From an uncultured Candidatus Saccharibacteria bacterium (GTDB lineage: Bacteria; Patescibacteriota; Saccharimonadia; Saccharimonadales; JAGQNJ01), in the NCBI GenBank assembly GCA_964493895.1, contig CAZBPY010000002.1, forward strand, positions 3,351 through 67,350: a DNA stretch of 64,000 nucleotides, given 5' to 3'. Numbering within the stretch: position 1 is the stretch's first letter; every line of letters begins with the position of its first letter. A program made the translations under genes and the position numbers. The notes below the pieces were generated by a model. The model saw only the letters and a list, made by a program, of their open reading frames with translations, was not told the DNA's origin and searched no databases. Positions 27,289 to 35,545 of this stretch are shown piece after piece.

Positions 27289-29101
27289 TAGCTAACAGGT
27301 AATGCTTGAGAATATTGCGAATTTCACTTGGCACGTTGGGATTGCGTGAAGCCAGCTCGGCATTGGCAGCCAGCCATTCATAGGCCGTCACAAAATTGCG
27401 CATTAGTTGCAATGTCTCGCGATGTTGGTTGGGAAGTTGCTGTATTGATTCCAGCAGCGCACTTATCTCTTGGTAGGTTCCATCCATTGCTTCGCGCACC
27501 AGCTTCGGTTGATCCTGAATGAACCTTTCGCCCAGACGATGTAAGAATGAGCTTACTGACTTGGCGATCTCCCTATCATCAAGACCAGTGATCTGGATTC
27601 GCCCGTCAGCGCCCTTAATACCTCTACGCAAACTATTGGTGAACGGCAGACCAGGCCCTTCTCGTGCTCGGAGCTGTTTGTTGCCCATAAAATAGTCTAG
27701 GGCAGCATGCTGCAGTTCTGCCATCTGCTCAAGCTCAAAAGCCGGTTTTCTAGGATGTCCATTAATAGACCTATCGCGTTTGGCTGCTTGTTTGATTTCC
27801 TCATGCAGCGTCATGGCGCCTACATGTTTGATGCGCTGCCTAAGGTCTCGAATTCGAGCTCCATACTCTTCCCTTCTCTCTTCTCTAAGTGGTTGGGTTG
27901 CCTGACGCTCGGCCTGGCCTAATCTGCGGCTGTAAGTATGGATAAAGTCTTCGATCTCCAGAAGATAAACCATTTGCTCGGGTGTGGGTTCTGGTGTATC
28001 TTGTACAATCTGATTGAAACGCTCTTTAAGGGCTACTAGGTGGGATAATTCTATTCCTACCACTGACGCCTGTATAGGCGCAATCATTAATTGAAAGTCG
28101 GTGTTAAAGTCTTTAAATTGGGCTTTAGCTAATGCGAAGCTCATAGGGGTGAGCACAGCTCCACGCATGATACTCAAGATCTGATTTTGCGCTTCTTTCT
28201 GCTTAGCCTGACGGCCCTTGAAAAAGCTGTCATGATGTTTGGCGCGAGCAATAAGCTCGGCCTCGTAACTTATGCCTTGGATAAGTTGGGCAAGCCGTTT
28301 CGGACTATGCTCGGTTTCATAATAGTGACTTAGATTATCGCTTAAAAGACACAAGGCCTGAGCGACATAATTATCGTCATACTCTGAAACATCCCTTACC
28401 TTTATTGATTTCATCAATTTTTGTACGTCAGCGTGCTCAAGGAACCTAGCTAAGGCAACCACTCTCATACCTGTCAAGATTTTCATCTCAGCTTCGCTGG
28501 GGATACGAGCCGCCACTTTTCGTGCGTCACCTACCATGCTGTCAATCTTGGTAACTAACTCCTCGATTGCTCCCATAGTCTCTACAGGGCCGTTAAAATC
28601 CTCTACCTTGGGTTGAGTCGGAATTTCGCTGGCGCCTTCCAAAGTCCCTATTTCGCCGATATCTGCATCTTTTAGGCGGTCTAAAATTTCAGGTAAGGCT
28701 AAGATCAGCCCCCGCTTATCTGGGCGAACCTTGAACTGTGTAATGGCGCCAGCTGCTGTCTCTTGGCTAGGGTCTCTGGCTACAATACTGGTGCTTTGTG
28801 AGGCATAAGTTAGACATCCACCAATTACTGCTAGGTCGCTTAATGTTTCCATAGGCAAATGGTTATAAAGTGGTGCATATACGGTTGAACGCTCTGACTC
28901 TCCTTCTACACGGGCAGCCAAAGTCGCCATAGCTTCCTTTGAGCCAAGCAGGCTCTCCGAAGCCTGTTCGCACATTGTGATGGTTTCTTGATGGGGAGTG
29001 ATATCCTCATTGGCATCAGGAGCCAAAAATACATCTTTAAATGGGTTCTGAGGTGAAAGCTCCGGCACTGGCGGACCTTGTGGACCAAGTGTAAGTGACA
29101 T
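27197..29101 (-). CDS. hypothetical protein (634 aa, helical-looking orphan)
   Basis: Uninterrupted 1.9-kb ORF beginning 38 nt after the smpB stop. No TM segment, no nucleotide-binding or catalytic motif recognised, and a Pro/Glu-rich C-terminal linker. Confidence 0.6.
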   Translation of the reverse strand: MSLTLGPQGPPVPELSPQNPFKDVFLAPDANEDITPHQETITMCEQASESLLGSKEAMATLAARVEGESERSTVYAPLYNHLPMETLSDLAVIGGCLTYASQSTSIVARDPSQETAAGAITQFKVRPDKRGLILALPEILDRLKDADIGEIGTLEGASEIPTQPKVEDFNGPVETMGAIEELVTKIDSMVGDARKVAARIPSEAEMKILTGMRVVALARFLEHADVQKLMKSIKVRDVSEYDDNYVAQALCLLSDNLSHYYETEHSPKRLAQLIQGISYEAELIARAKHHDSFFKGRQAKQKEAQNQILSIMRGAVLTPMSFALAKAQFKDFNTDFQLMIAPIQASVVGIELSHLVALKERFNQIVQDTPEPTPEQMVYLLEIEDFIHTYSRRLGQAERQATQPLREERREEYGARIRDLRQRIKHVGAMTLHEEIKQAAKRDRSINGHPRKPAFELEQMAELQHAALDYFMGNKQLRAREGPGLPFTNSLRRGIKGADGRIQITGLDDREIAKSVSSFLHRLGERFIQDQPKLVREAMDGTYQEISALLESIQQLPNQHRETLQLMRNFVTAYEWLAANAELASRNPNVPSEIRNILKHYLLANAVQELPAIEPEPVSEAEPAARDTARGRTQ

Positions 29102-29139
29102 GTCATTATTTTAACACAAAAAGGCAAACTTAGCAATAG

Positions 29140-29589
29140 TTAAATTGATCGGGCTGCTTCACGAGACAGGTCGCGCTCTTTAATAGCCTGGCGTCTGTCA
29201 TAGCGCTTTTTGCCGCGGCCGATGGCTACCCGCAACTTGATGTGACGCCCGCCGGTTAAAAACTCCAGCGGCACCAAGGTGTTGCCGGCCTGTTTGGCAG
29301 CAATCATGGTGTCAATTTCGCGTCGGTGAGCCAGCAATTTGCGAGCTCGGGTTTGCTCTGATTCAGGGATTTCAAAAGTCTTGCCGCTGGCGATGGTGGC
29401 GTTGATTAGCCACAGTTCGTTGCCTTTGACCGTCACGTAGGCTCCGCGCAGATGAGCATGGCCCTGACGCAGGGATTTAGCTTCGCGGCCGCTGAGGACC
29501 AAGCCCACTACAAAGTCGTCCCCGAGTTGGTAATCAAATCGGGCTCGGCGATTGACAATCCGGCCAGGGGTCTGCTTAGGCTTTTTCAT
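29140..29589 (-). CDS. smpB: SsrA-binding protein
   Basis: 149 aa. NRRARFDY, GLVLSGREAKSLR and a basic C-terminal tail are typical of SmpB. Confidence 0.93.
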   Translation of the reverse strand: MKKPKQTPGRIVNRRARFDYQLGDDFVVGLVLSGREAKSLRQGHAHLRGAYVTVKGNELWLINATIASGKTFEIPESEQTRARKLLAHRREIDTMIAAKQAGNTLVPLEFLTGGRHIKLRVAIGRGKKRYDRRQAIKERDLSREAARSI

Positions 29590-29697
29590 AACTTTTCAAG
29601 TATACCCTAACCAACGGGTGAAGTACATAGACAGCATTGACAAAGTATGATATAATATAGTTATAGATAGAAAAGCCTCATGGGCGGTTGACTCTGT

Positions 29698-30939
29698 CTA
29701 GCACGGACTCTCTGATCGATTATTATCAATCGGCTGAGCATAGTATGAACTGCATTGTTTGTCGTCACGAGTGGTCAATTCGTGAATTTTCTTCTTAGCG
29801 GCTTCCCAAAGACTGGGGTCATTGTGTTTCATCTTGCGCCAGTACCACCACTCTGGTCCCCACAAATCAATAGTTCGCATGCCAGTATCGACACCGTATT
29901 GGATGCGGTCTGGCAGATCTTCGGCCGACAGAGATTTATCTTGCTCTTCAATCGAGGTTTCAATCATGGGTGTTGGCGGCCAGGCTTCAGTCTGCATCTC
30001 ATGGATAAAGGTATTTCGGCCAGTTGTCAGCTCAGCAGCTCCGGCTAGGAAAGCATAAAACCACGGCGGCAACGGATATTCGAAATAGCGTTTGGTCACA
30101 GTGCGGTCCCAGACGCGTTTATAAATCGAGGCACCAATCTTGTCAGCTCGCGGTTCGCCGACTGGCCAACTAGGTACAGCATTATTGCTGCGAGTCACAA
30201 CGATGGGTTTATTCGGATCCAGACTGCGCATCAACTCAAATTCTTCAACCAGGCGCTGGCGGTCGTGGTTCGGACAATCACCAAACACCTCTAAAAAGTA
30301 TTCATTTTCCAGCTGATAACTAACCAAACTTGGTCGGTCTTTATAACGCTCGACCACCTTAGTCATAAATTCGTAAAGCTGAGGCTGCCAAACAGATTGC
30401 GGCTCGGCCTGAGCCCACTCTGGCCAGTGGCACTCTGGCCAGCGCGGCTGCCGAAGGCCGACTGCCAGGCTGACTTGTCCGCCAACGGCCTCAACTTTAT
30501 CAAACTGCCAGTCAAGTTCTGTCCAATCATACTGACCGTCTACTGGTTCAATACGATTCCAATAGCTGACCAAACGAAAACGGCGGATACCTAAGTCATC
30601 AATGATTGCCTGCATGGTGTCCTTGGCGTCAAGCCCGTACCATTCGGCATATGCTGGCACAAAAGTTGTGCCGATTACCAACGGCTCATCAGCGTGGCGG
30701 GCCATATACCACCTAGAAACTCCATACATCAGGCTAACTGCTAAAATCATTACGCTTGCTAAAATAATGCCAAATTTTTGCCAAAATGACCGCCGCTCAT
30801 ACCAGTGCCGGACACGTCGAGCATGCGGCGCGCTCATTTGTTTAATGGTGGCTCCTACCAATGTCACCCGCCGGGCTGCCCTACGATGTATGGTTTTGGA
30901 CTTTGATTTGCGATTCTTAACTTTTGATCTCTTTGGCAT
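29698..30939 (-). CDS. membrane-anchored clan GH-A glycoside hydrolase (GH42/GH5-like TIM barrel)
   Basis: 413 aa with a basic N-terminus and TM helix. YWNRIEPVDGQYDWTELD and YQLENEYF (a candidate acid/base NE motif) resemble GH-A enzymes. The exact family is not resolved. Confidence 0.55.
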   Translation of the reverse strand: MPKRSKVKNRKSKSKTIHRRAARRVTLVGATIKQMSAPHARRVRHWYERRSFWQKFGIILASVMILAVSLMYGVSRWYMARHADEPLVIGTTFVPAYAEWYGLDAKDTMQAIIDDLGIRRFRLVSYWNRIEPVDGQYDWTELDWQFDKVEAVGGQVSLAVGLRQPRWPECHWPEWAQAEPQSVWQPQLYEFMTKVVERYKDRPSLVSYQLENEYFLEVFGDCPNHDRQRLVEEFELMRSLDPNKPIVVTRSNNAVPSWPVGEPRADKIGASIYKRVWDRTVTKRYFEYPLPPWFYAFLAGAAELTTGRNTFIHEMQTEAWPPTPMIETSIEEQDKSLSAEDLPDRIQYGVDTGMRTIDLWGPEWWYWRKMKHNDPSLWEAAKKKIHELTTRDDKQCSSYYAQPIDNNRSESPC

Positions 30940-30962
30940 GGTATATTGTCAATCAAGAACTT

Positions 30963-31841
30963 ATGAAAAAAACACAAGCACTTTCTGTCTCTATAGTTAT
31001 ACCAGTTTACAACGAAGAAGACCACATCGAAGCTACGCTTAAATCTATTGCCAAGCAAACTGTTAAGCCGGCTGAAGTGATTGTTGTAGATAACAACTCC
31101 ACGGATGCTACCGTCAAAATTGCTAAACAGTTCCCTTTCGCTCGAATTGTCACCGAAAAACGACAAGGCCGAGCCTATGCCCGCAATGCCGGCTTTAATG
31201 CGGCAAAAAGCCATGTAATTGGTCGTCTCGATGCCGACAGCGTGTTGGATCCTGATTGGGTCGCAAGGGTCCAACACGACTTTTCAGACCCAGACTTGAT
31301 GGCTGTGGCAGGTCTTGGCCGAGCGGTCTTGTGGCGTATGCCCAATAGGTTTGCTATGCGCGGCACGATGTGGCCGCGCTTAATATATTGGAGCGTTGAA
31401 GCTTATTTTCGGGCTCGCACCTTGTGGGGTGCCAACATGGCCCTGCGGCGTAGTGTCTGGTTGAAAGTACGCGGTGATGCCAGTTTTGATGACTATCACT
31501 ATCATGAAGATCAAGACATTGCCCTGTTAATTGGCGGAATCGGCGGCAAAATCATGGTTGATAATCGCCTGCTAATTAGTACCCACAAACAAAGTTACGC
31601 CTATTTGCCAAAGTTTATTCATTACACCAGGATGACATATTGGACTAAAAGCCGGCACAAAAAAATTGGCACCTTTGCCAAACCCGACATGATTCGTTTG
31701 AGCCGGCTAAGAACCCTACCCGGCGCTGTAATAGCTCTACTGACTAGTATCCCGATGTTTCTGACAGCTTTGATTTGCTGGCCACTGGACGCTGTGATGG
31801 TTCGTCGCCGAGCAGCTGTTGGCAAACGCTGGCTAGACTAA
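30963..31841 (+). CDS. glycosyltransferase family 2
   Basis: Start moved to the ATG at 30963 (MKKTQALSVSIVIPVYNEEDHI). VVDNNSTD and a DAD-type DxD motif are present, with C-terminal TM segments. Confidence 0.85.
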   Translation: MKKTQALSVSIVIPVYNEEDHIEATLKSIAKQTVKPAEVIVVDNNSTDATVKIAKQFPFARIVTEKRQGRAYARNAGFNAAKSHVIGRLDADSVLDPDWVARVQHDFSDPDLMAVAGLGRAVLWRMPNRFAMRGTMWPRLIYWSVEAYFRARTLWGANMALRRSVWLKVRGDASFDDYHYHEDQDIALLIGGIGGKIMVDNRLLISTHKQSYAYLPKFIHYTRMTYWTKSRHKKIGTFAKPDMIRLSRLRTLPGAVIALLTSIPMFLTALICWPLDAVMVRRRAAVGKRWLD

Positions 31842-32437
31842 GTTCCTTCGGCGTTGCTAGTAAAGCCGCCATTAGGGTTTTGAGTCGGCTTACAGCCGGC
31901 CCACAAGCCGCGGTTAGCTTGTCTGGCCTCTGTTTGAGCGGCTTTGAATTCTGCCATTTTTTCAAATGGGAAACCGATATAGGCAAAGCCATAGCCTTGG
32001 CGGATAATCTCTAAATTGACCAGTTGGCCGTCAGGTATATAAACATAGCGCAACAGTCGTCCATAGCGGTCACGGTTAGTATTGGTTGGGTCGGCTTCCA
32101 AGCGTACTGGCTGGTCGTCAACTAGATTTCGAGTAAATTCACTAGCCGCCCTGCCAAAACATTGTACTGGCTTTCTGGGGTCTTTGGTTTCCGGTGTATC
32201 GACGCCGATAAAGCGGATTTTCTCCTCCTTGCCGGCCATATCGACTAGTAAAGTATCGCCATCCTCAAACTGCGTTACCTGGTAAAAGCCGGCCTGCAAA
32301 CTCATTGGCGCCCGGTCAGGAGTGTCTTGCCAGGCAGCACTGATGCCGCCAGCAGTAAAAATGATCAAAGCAATTAGTGCCTGGACAAGTCTTCTTCGCT
32401 GTCTTTTGGTCATACCCCGCATTCTAATTGATAGCAA
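31838..32437 (-). CDS. thermonuclease (SNase-like) family protein, membrane-anchored
   Basis: 199 aa. TM helix, then IRFIGVDTPET, CFGRAASEF and RDRYGRLLRYVY typical of staphylococcal nuclease homologues. Confidence 0.85.
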   Translation of the reverse strand: MLSIRMRGMTKRQRRRLVQALIALIIFTAGGISAAWQDTPDRAPMSLQAGFYQVTQFEDGDTLLVDMAGKEEKIRFIGVDTPETKDPRKPVQCFGRAASEFTRNLVDDQPVRLEADPTNTNRDRYGRLLRYVYIPDGQLVNLEIIRQGYGFAYIGFPFEKMAEFKAAQTEARQANRGLWAGCKPTQNPNGGFTSNAEGT

Positions 32438-32503
32438 ACAATTATTGAATTAATCTTAAGACTACCCATTGAAATCACAAGAGTAAAATGTCATAATACT
32501 AAT

Positions 32504-32710
32504 ATGACAAGCGGTGAAATAAAAAATGATCGATTGACTACCTTTGTAGCAGCTGTGGCCTGTATCGGGCCATTAACATTGGGGGCATTCGGAATGATTG
32601 AACTCATTGATGATAACGAACTTCACAAATCGGTTGCTGAATTACCCGCTGACCCCTGTTTCGTTAGCGAAGATGACTTGCAGACAGTCGCCCAGAGCCA
32701 ACCAAACTAG
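32504..32710 (+). CDS. hypothetical small membrane protein (68 aa)
   Basis: ORF with one hydrophobic helix (TTFVAAVACIGPLTLGAFGMI). A CATAAT hexamer lies 6 nt before the ATG. No family recognised. Confidence 0.3.
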   Translation: MTSGEIKNDRLTTFVAAVACIGPLTLGAFGMIELIDDNELHKSVAELPADPCFVSEDDLQTVAQSQPN

Positions 32711-32807
32711 TACAGCTAAACAGCACTATTCAAGAATCACCTAACGTTTTTCATGTTGTTGAAACCACAGACCGTCAATCTAACATAAGTGCTATAGTGT
32801 TTATAAT

Positions 32808-33947
32808 ATGTCTGGCAGACAGACACCATTTGTAGAGGGTGACATAGACCAATTTCCTGTAATGGATGGTATTGCTCCTAGAGCTGTACCCTTGCCTATG
32901 CTGAACGAGTTCGGCCAACAGAGACCCGGCAGAAATACTCGCCAGGATGAGTTAACCAGAAGCATCCGAGCCGTGGGCATGATCAATCCAGTCAATGGAG
33001 TTCTTCTTGACGGAGAGCATTTTGAAGACTACCTATCGTTCACCAACCAAACTTGGCAAGAAGAGCGGAACTTGACCGATTTCGTTCCGGTTAGCGAGGA
33101 AAATTTTTGCTACATGGCCTTAATAGCTGGCCACTCACGTCTAGCCGCCCTATCGACAATTGCCCAGGAAGACGGCGTCGATCCCTGGTCAGTGATGGTG
33201 CCAACTAGGATCCATCAGGCCACCTCAGTTTCTGAGATATTAGCCATTCAAGTTGCCGAAAACGTCCATTCTGCTCCCCCGCCAGATCGCGCGGCTCGAG
33301 GCTATGCCGAAGCCTATCTGTGGGAAAAAATGCACAATCCAGAGCTGACAAAAGCCGGCTTTGTCAGGCGACATGGGCTGCCTCGTGAAAGATTGCGCGA
33401 TGCTCTTTATTACTGTGATTTGCCGTCAGGAGTCCGTGCGGCTACGGACGATGGCGGTCTGCCCTTTTCAATTGCTATCGAGCTGGCTCGGGCTCTCCAG
33501 CCAATTCAAGACGACGTGGCAGCCAGGATAACCGAAAGTTATGGTGCTCAATGGCCTGGCGAAGCTGTGAAAGAGTATGAGGAAGTGGTCGAGCTGGAGT
33601 TACTGCGTTTTATTGTGAGGTTCAACACCAAGCGCAATATAACTGAGACTCGCGCCCAGATACGGACACACGCCGAAGCCCTGCGAGCTAAACAGAATCA
33701 TGAACGTCAGTCAGAGGATTTATCTCTGTTCACGGATGACAAACGTTCTGTAGTTGTTCGGAAAAAATATCTAGTGACTGCCATTAAGGAAGACTTAGCT
33801 GCGCTGTCAAATCGCCGCACTCAGGAAGCTAACATTTTGCATCATCACGCCCTGGAACTGCTTGGCGTCCAGCATGAATTCCCCCTCGGCGAACAACAGT
33901 CAATCAAGGTTGCCGAGCTTGGCCGTGCGGCGCTGGCGTCGGCTTAG
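32808..33947 (+). CDS. ParB N-terminal domain-like protein (divergent, orphan)
   Basis: 379 aa. ELTRSIRAVGMINPV, ALIAGHSRLAA (in the position of ParB GERRxRAA), ILAIQVAENVHSAPPPDRAARGYAEAY, and an HTH-like GLPRERLRDALYYCDLP. Confidence 0.6.
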   Translation: MSGRQTPFVEGDIDQFPVMDGIAPRAVPLPMLNEFGQQRPGRNTRQDELTRSIRAVGMINPVNGVLLDGEHFEDYLSFTNQTWQEERNLTDFVPVSEENFCYMALIAGHSRLAALSTIAQEDGVDPWSVMVPTRIHQATSVSEILAIQVAENVHSAPPPDRAARGYAEAYLWEKMHNPELTKAGFVRRHGLPRERLRDALYYCDLPSGVRAATDDGGLPFSIAIELARALQPIQDDVAARITESYGAQWPGEAVKEYEEVVELELLRFIVRFNTKRNITETRAQIRTHAEALRAKQNHERQSEDLSLFTDDKRSVVVRKKYLVTAIKEDLAALSNRRTQEANILHHHALELLGVQHEFPLGEQQSIKVAELGRAALASA

Positions 33948-34516
33948 TAATCGATGCCGGAGTTGGCCAGGTATTTGTCGTCAAAGTGATGTTTAATCTT
34001 GGTCATGTTGGTAGCAATATCTGCCAGCGGTAACAGCTCTTCGGGAAAATTGCGACCAGTAATGCATAGGCTGGTTTTGGGGTGGTGGTCGCTCATCAAC
34101 TTCTTAAGATCCTTTTTAGCTAGTAAGCCATTATTGACGGCGTTGTTAATCTCGTCACAAATAACCAGTTCGAAGTTGCCAGAGGCAGCCGCTTTGTAAG
34201 CCTCGTCAAAGGTCTGGCGGGCGGCTCGCTTGTGATCGTCCTCGGTGACGTCCTTTTCGACCAAATCCTCCGGTGCTTTATAAAAACCCTTACCGCCTTT
34301 GAAAAAATACAGCTCTTTCTTGAAAAGCGGTTGGATTTTGCGGATGAAATGATGCTCGCCAACATCCCAGTGTTTGATGAACTGAATAAAAGCCACCCGC
34401 CAGCCACTACCTAAAGCCCGAGTCATCAATCCCATGCTGGCGCTGGTCTTGCCCTTGCCCTCACCGGTGTAGACAACAACCACAGCGTCTTTTTTCTTGA
34501 AGTCTTCAAAGGTCAT
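33944..34516 (-). CDS. cobO: cob(I)yrinic acid a,c-diamide / cob(I)alamin adenosyltransferase (CobA/CobO/BtuR family)
   Basis: 190 aa. P-loop YTGEGKGKTSASMG, FIQFIKH and CDEINNAV are family-typical. Confidence 0.8.
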   Translation of the reverse strand: MTFEDFKKKDAVVVVYTGEGKGKTSASMGLMTRALGSGWRVAFIQFIKHWDVGEHHFIRKIQPLFKKELYFFKGGKGFYKAPEDLVEKDVTEDDHKRAARQTFDEAYKAAASGNFELVICDEINNAVNNGLLAKKDLKKLMSDHHPKTSLCITGRNFPEELLPLADIATNMTKIKHHFDDKYLANSGIDY

Positions 34517-34543
34517 AGGCTTATTCTACACCAGCCTCAAACT

Positions 34544-35041
34544 CTAAGCCGATTGACCTAGGCCATCTAATTCGGATTTAATGTGTTGCCTTGATTTTGG
34601 CCCTGGGTTAAGATGACGCATTGCTAGGGTTACAATTTGGCGGCCAAACACTTGGGCTTCGTCGACTTTTGTTTGAGCGGCTCTAAATAATCGGTCAAAG
34701 GTGAATTCAGCATGAGCTCCAAGCAGCTGTTCCAGTACGCTGTCAGGGCTGAATTGGTGCGGTTTAAGCGTCTTTTTAGAATTATCGATGGCTTCGGCAT
34801 ACTTCTCAACGTCAGCCATTACAATCGGATGTACCTGAGGTACCCGGCGAAGGATGTGTTCGAAAACTGTAGACGGATGAGCATGCAATAGGGAGTTTAG
34901 CCTTTCCTGGCCGGCGCCGGCTAAGAAATCATCGCCTTCGAACATCTCCGGCTCGGCAAATTTTGGCACCTCCAGACTTAGTTGCCCCAGGTGCTCAATG
35001 GCTGGAATTTCTGGTCCAGTTGTCTCTACGCGACGCAACAT
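34544..35041 (-). CDS. hypothetical protein (165 aa orphan)
   Basis: Uninterrupted ORF. No motif recognised. Confidence 0.5.
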   Translation of the reverse strand: MLRRVETTGPEIPAIEHLGQLSLEVPKFAEPEMFEGDDFLAGAGQERLNSLLHAHPSTVFEHILRRVPQVHPIVMADVEKYAEAIDNSKKTLKPHQFSPDSVLEQLLGAHAEFTFDRLFRAAQTKVDEAQVFGRQIVTLAMRHLNPGPKSRQHIKSELDGLGQSA

Positions 35042-35157
35042 GATAAGTTACTCCTTTGTATGATTAATTCTACTATAGTTAGCGTACAATAAGCAATGAA
35101 CTACGCTACATGTAGTGTGTGATATATGTCACAATTTAAGCAGATTTTGGAAATGAG

Positions 35158-35388
35158 CTATTTAGCCAAAGCAGCTTCTAGTCGTGGCCGGTCAAAACCA
35201 ATCACAATTGTATTATCATCGAAACGAGTTACCGGTACAGCCAATTGACCGGTGTTGTGCAGCACCCACTGCGCGGCTTGCTGATCTTCGGTCAGATCAA
35301 CTTCCTTAAACTCGACTTTTTTGCCAGTTAACCATTCTTTAACGGCTTTGCAAAAAACACAGGTTGGGGTGGTGTACACAGTTACCAT
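35158..35388 (-). CDS. glutaredoxin-like protein (NrdH/Grx family)
   Basis: Start moved to the ATG at 35388 (MVTVYTTPTCVFCKAVKEWL). CxxC active site, 76 aa. AGAGG lies immediately upstream. Confidence 0.8.
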   Translation of the reverse strand: MVTVYTTPTCVFCKAVKEWLTGKKVEFKEVDLTEDQQAAQWVLHNTGQLAVPVTRFDDNTIVIGFDRPRLEAALAK

Positions 35389-35469
35389 AACCTCTATTAT
35401 AACAGATTTAGCAACAGATTGAAGTCCATGCATCATTTTTGATCGCTTGCAGACAGAGGCGACCATCTG

Positions 35470-35509
35470 CTATAGTCGGCTAGTAAATGTGTAAAGCCGC
35501 CGACTATAG
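35470..35509. promoter_or_regulatory. perfect 11-bp inverted repeat in the grx/atpB divergent region
   Basis: CTATAGTCGGC (35470-35480) and GCCGACTATAG (35499-35509) are separated by an 18-nt loop, 37 nt upstream of the atpB ATG. Confidence 0.5.
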
Positions 35510-35545
35510 GAAGCCGACGACTCTTCGGGGTGACAGGAGCCAAGC

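Noticed and set aside
21156-29101. Classical integron (intI + attI + attC cassettes)
   Set aside because: No IntI-like tyrosine recombinase ORF is recognisable. The 48-bp elements lack the RYYYAAC...GTTRRRY inverted-repeat organisation of attC, and the modules are in both orientations. Only the formal ORF-plus-3'-site layout is retained as an analogy.
18153-29101. Prophage or integrative conjugative element
   Set aside because: I recognise no integrase, terminase, capsid, tail, relaxase or T4SS genes. The cargo consists of small metabolic and repair genes only.
29636-29665. TTGACA..TATAAT-like sequence on plus strand between the GH gene and smpB as a promoter for a small RNA
   Set aside because: The spacing between TTGACA and the first TATAAT is only 8 nt. 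No plus-strand gene or structured RNA follows, so it was left unannotated.
29102-29697. tmRNA (ssrA) gene next to smpB
   Set aside because: I looked in the 38-nt gap downstream and the 108-nt gap upstream of smpB. Both are too short and have no tRNA-Ala-like acceptor or T-arm ending in CCA.
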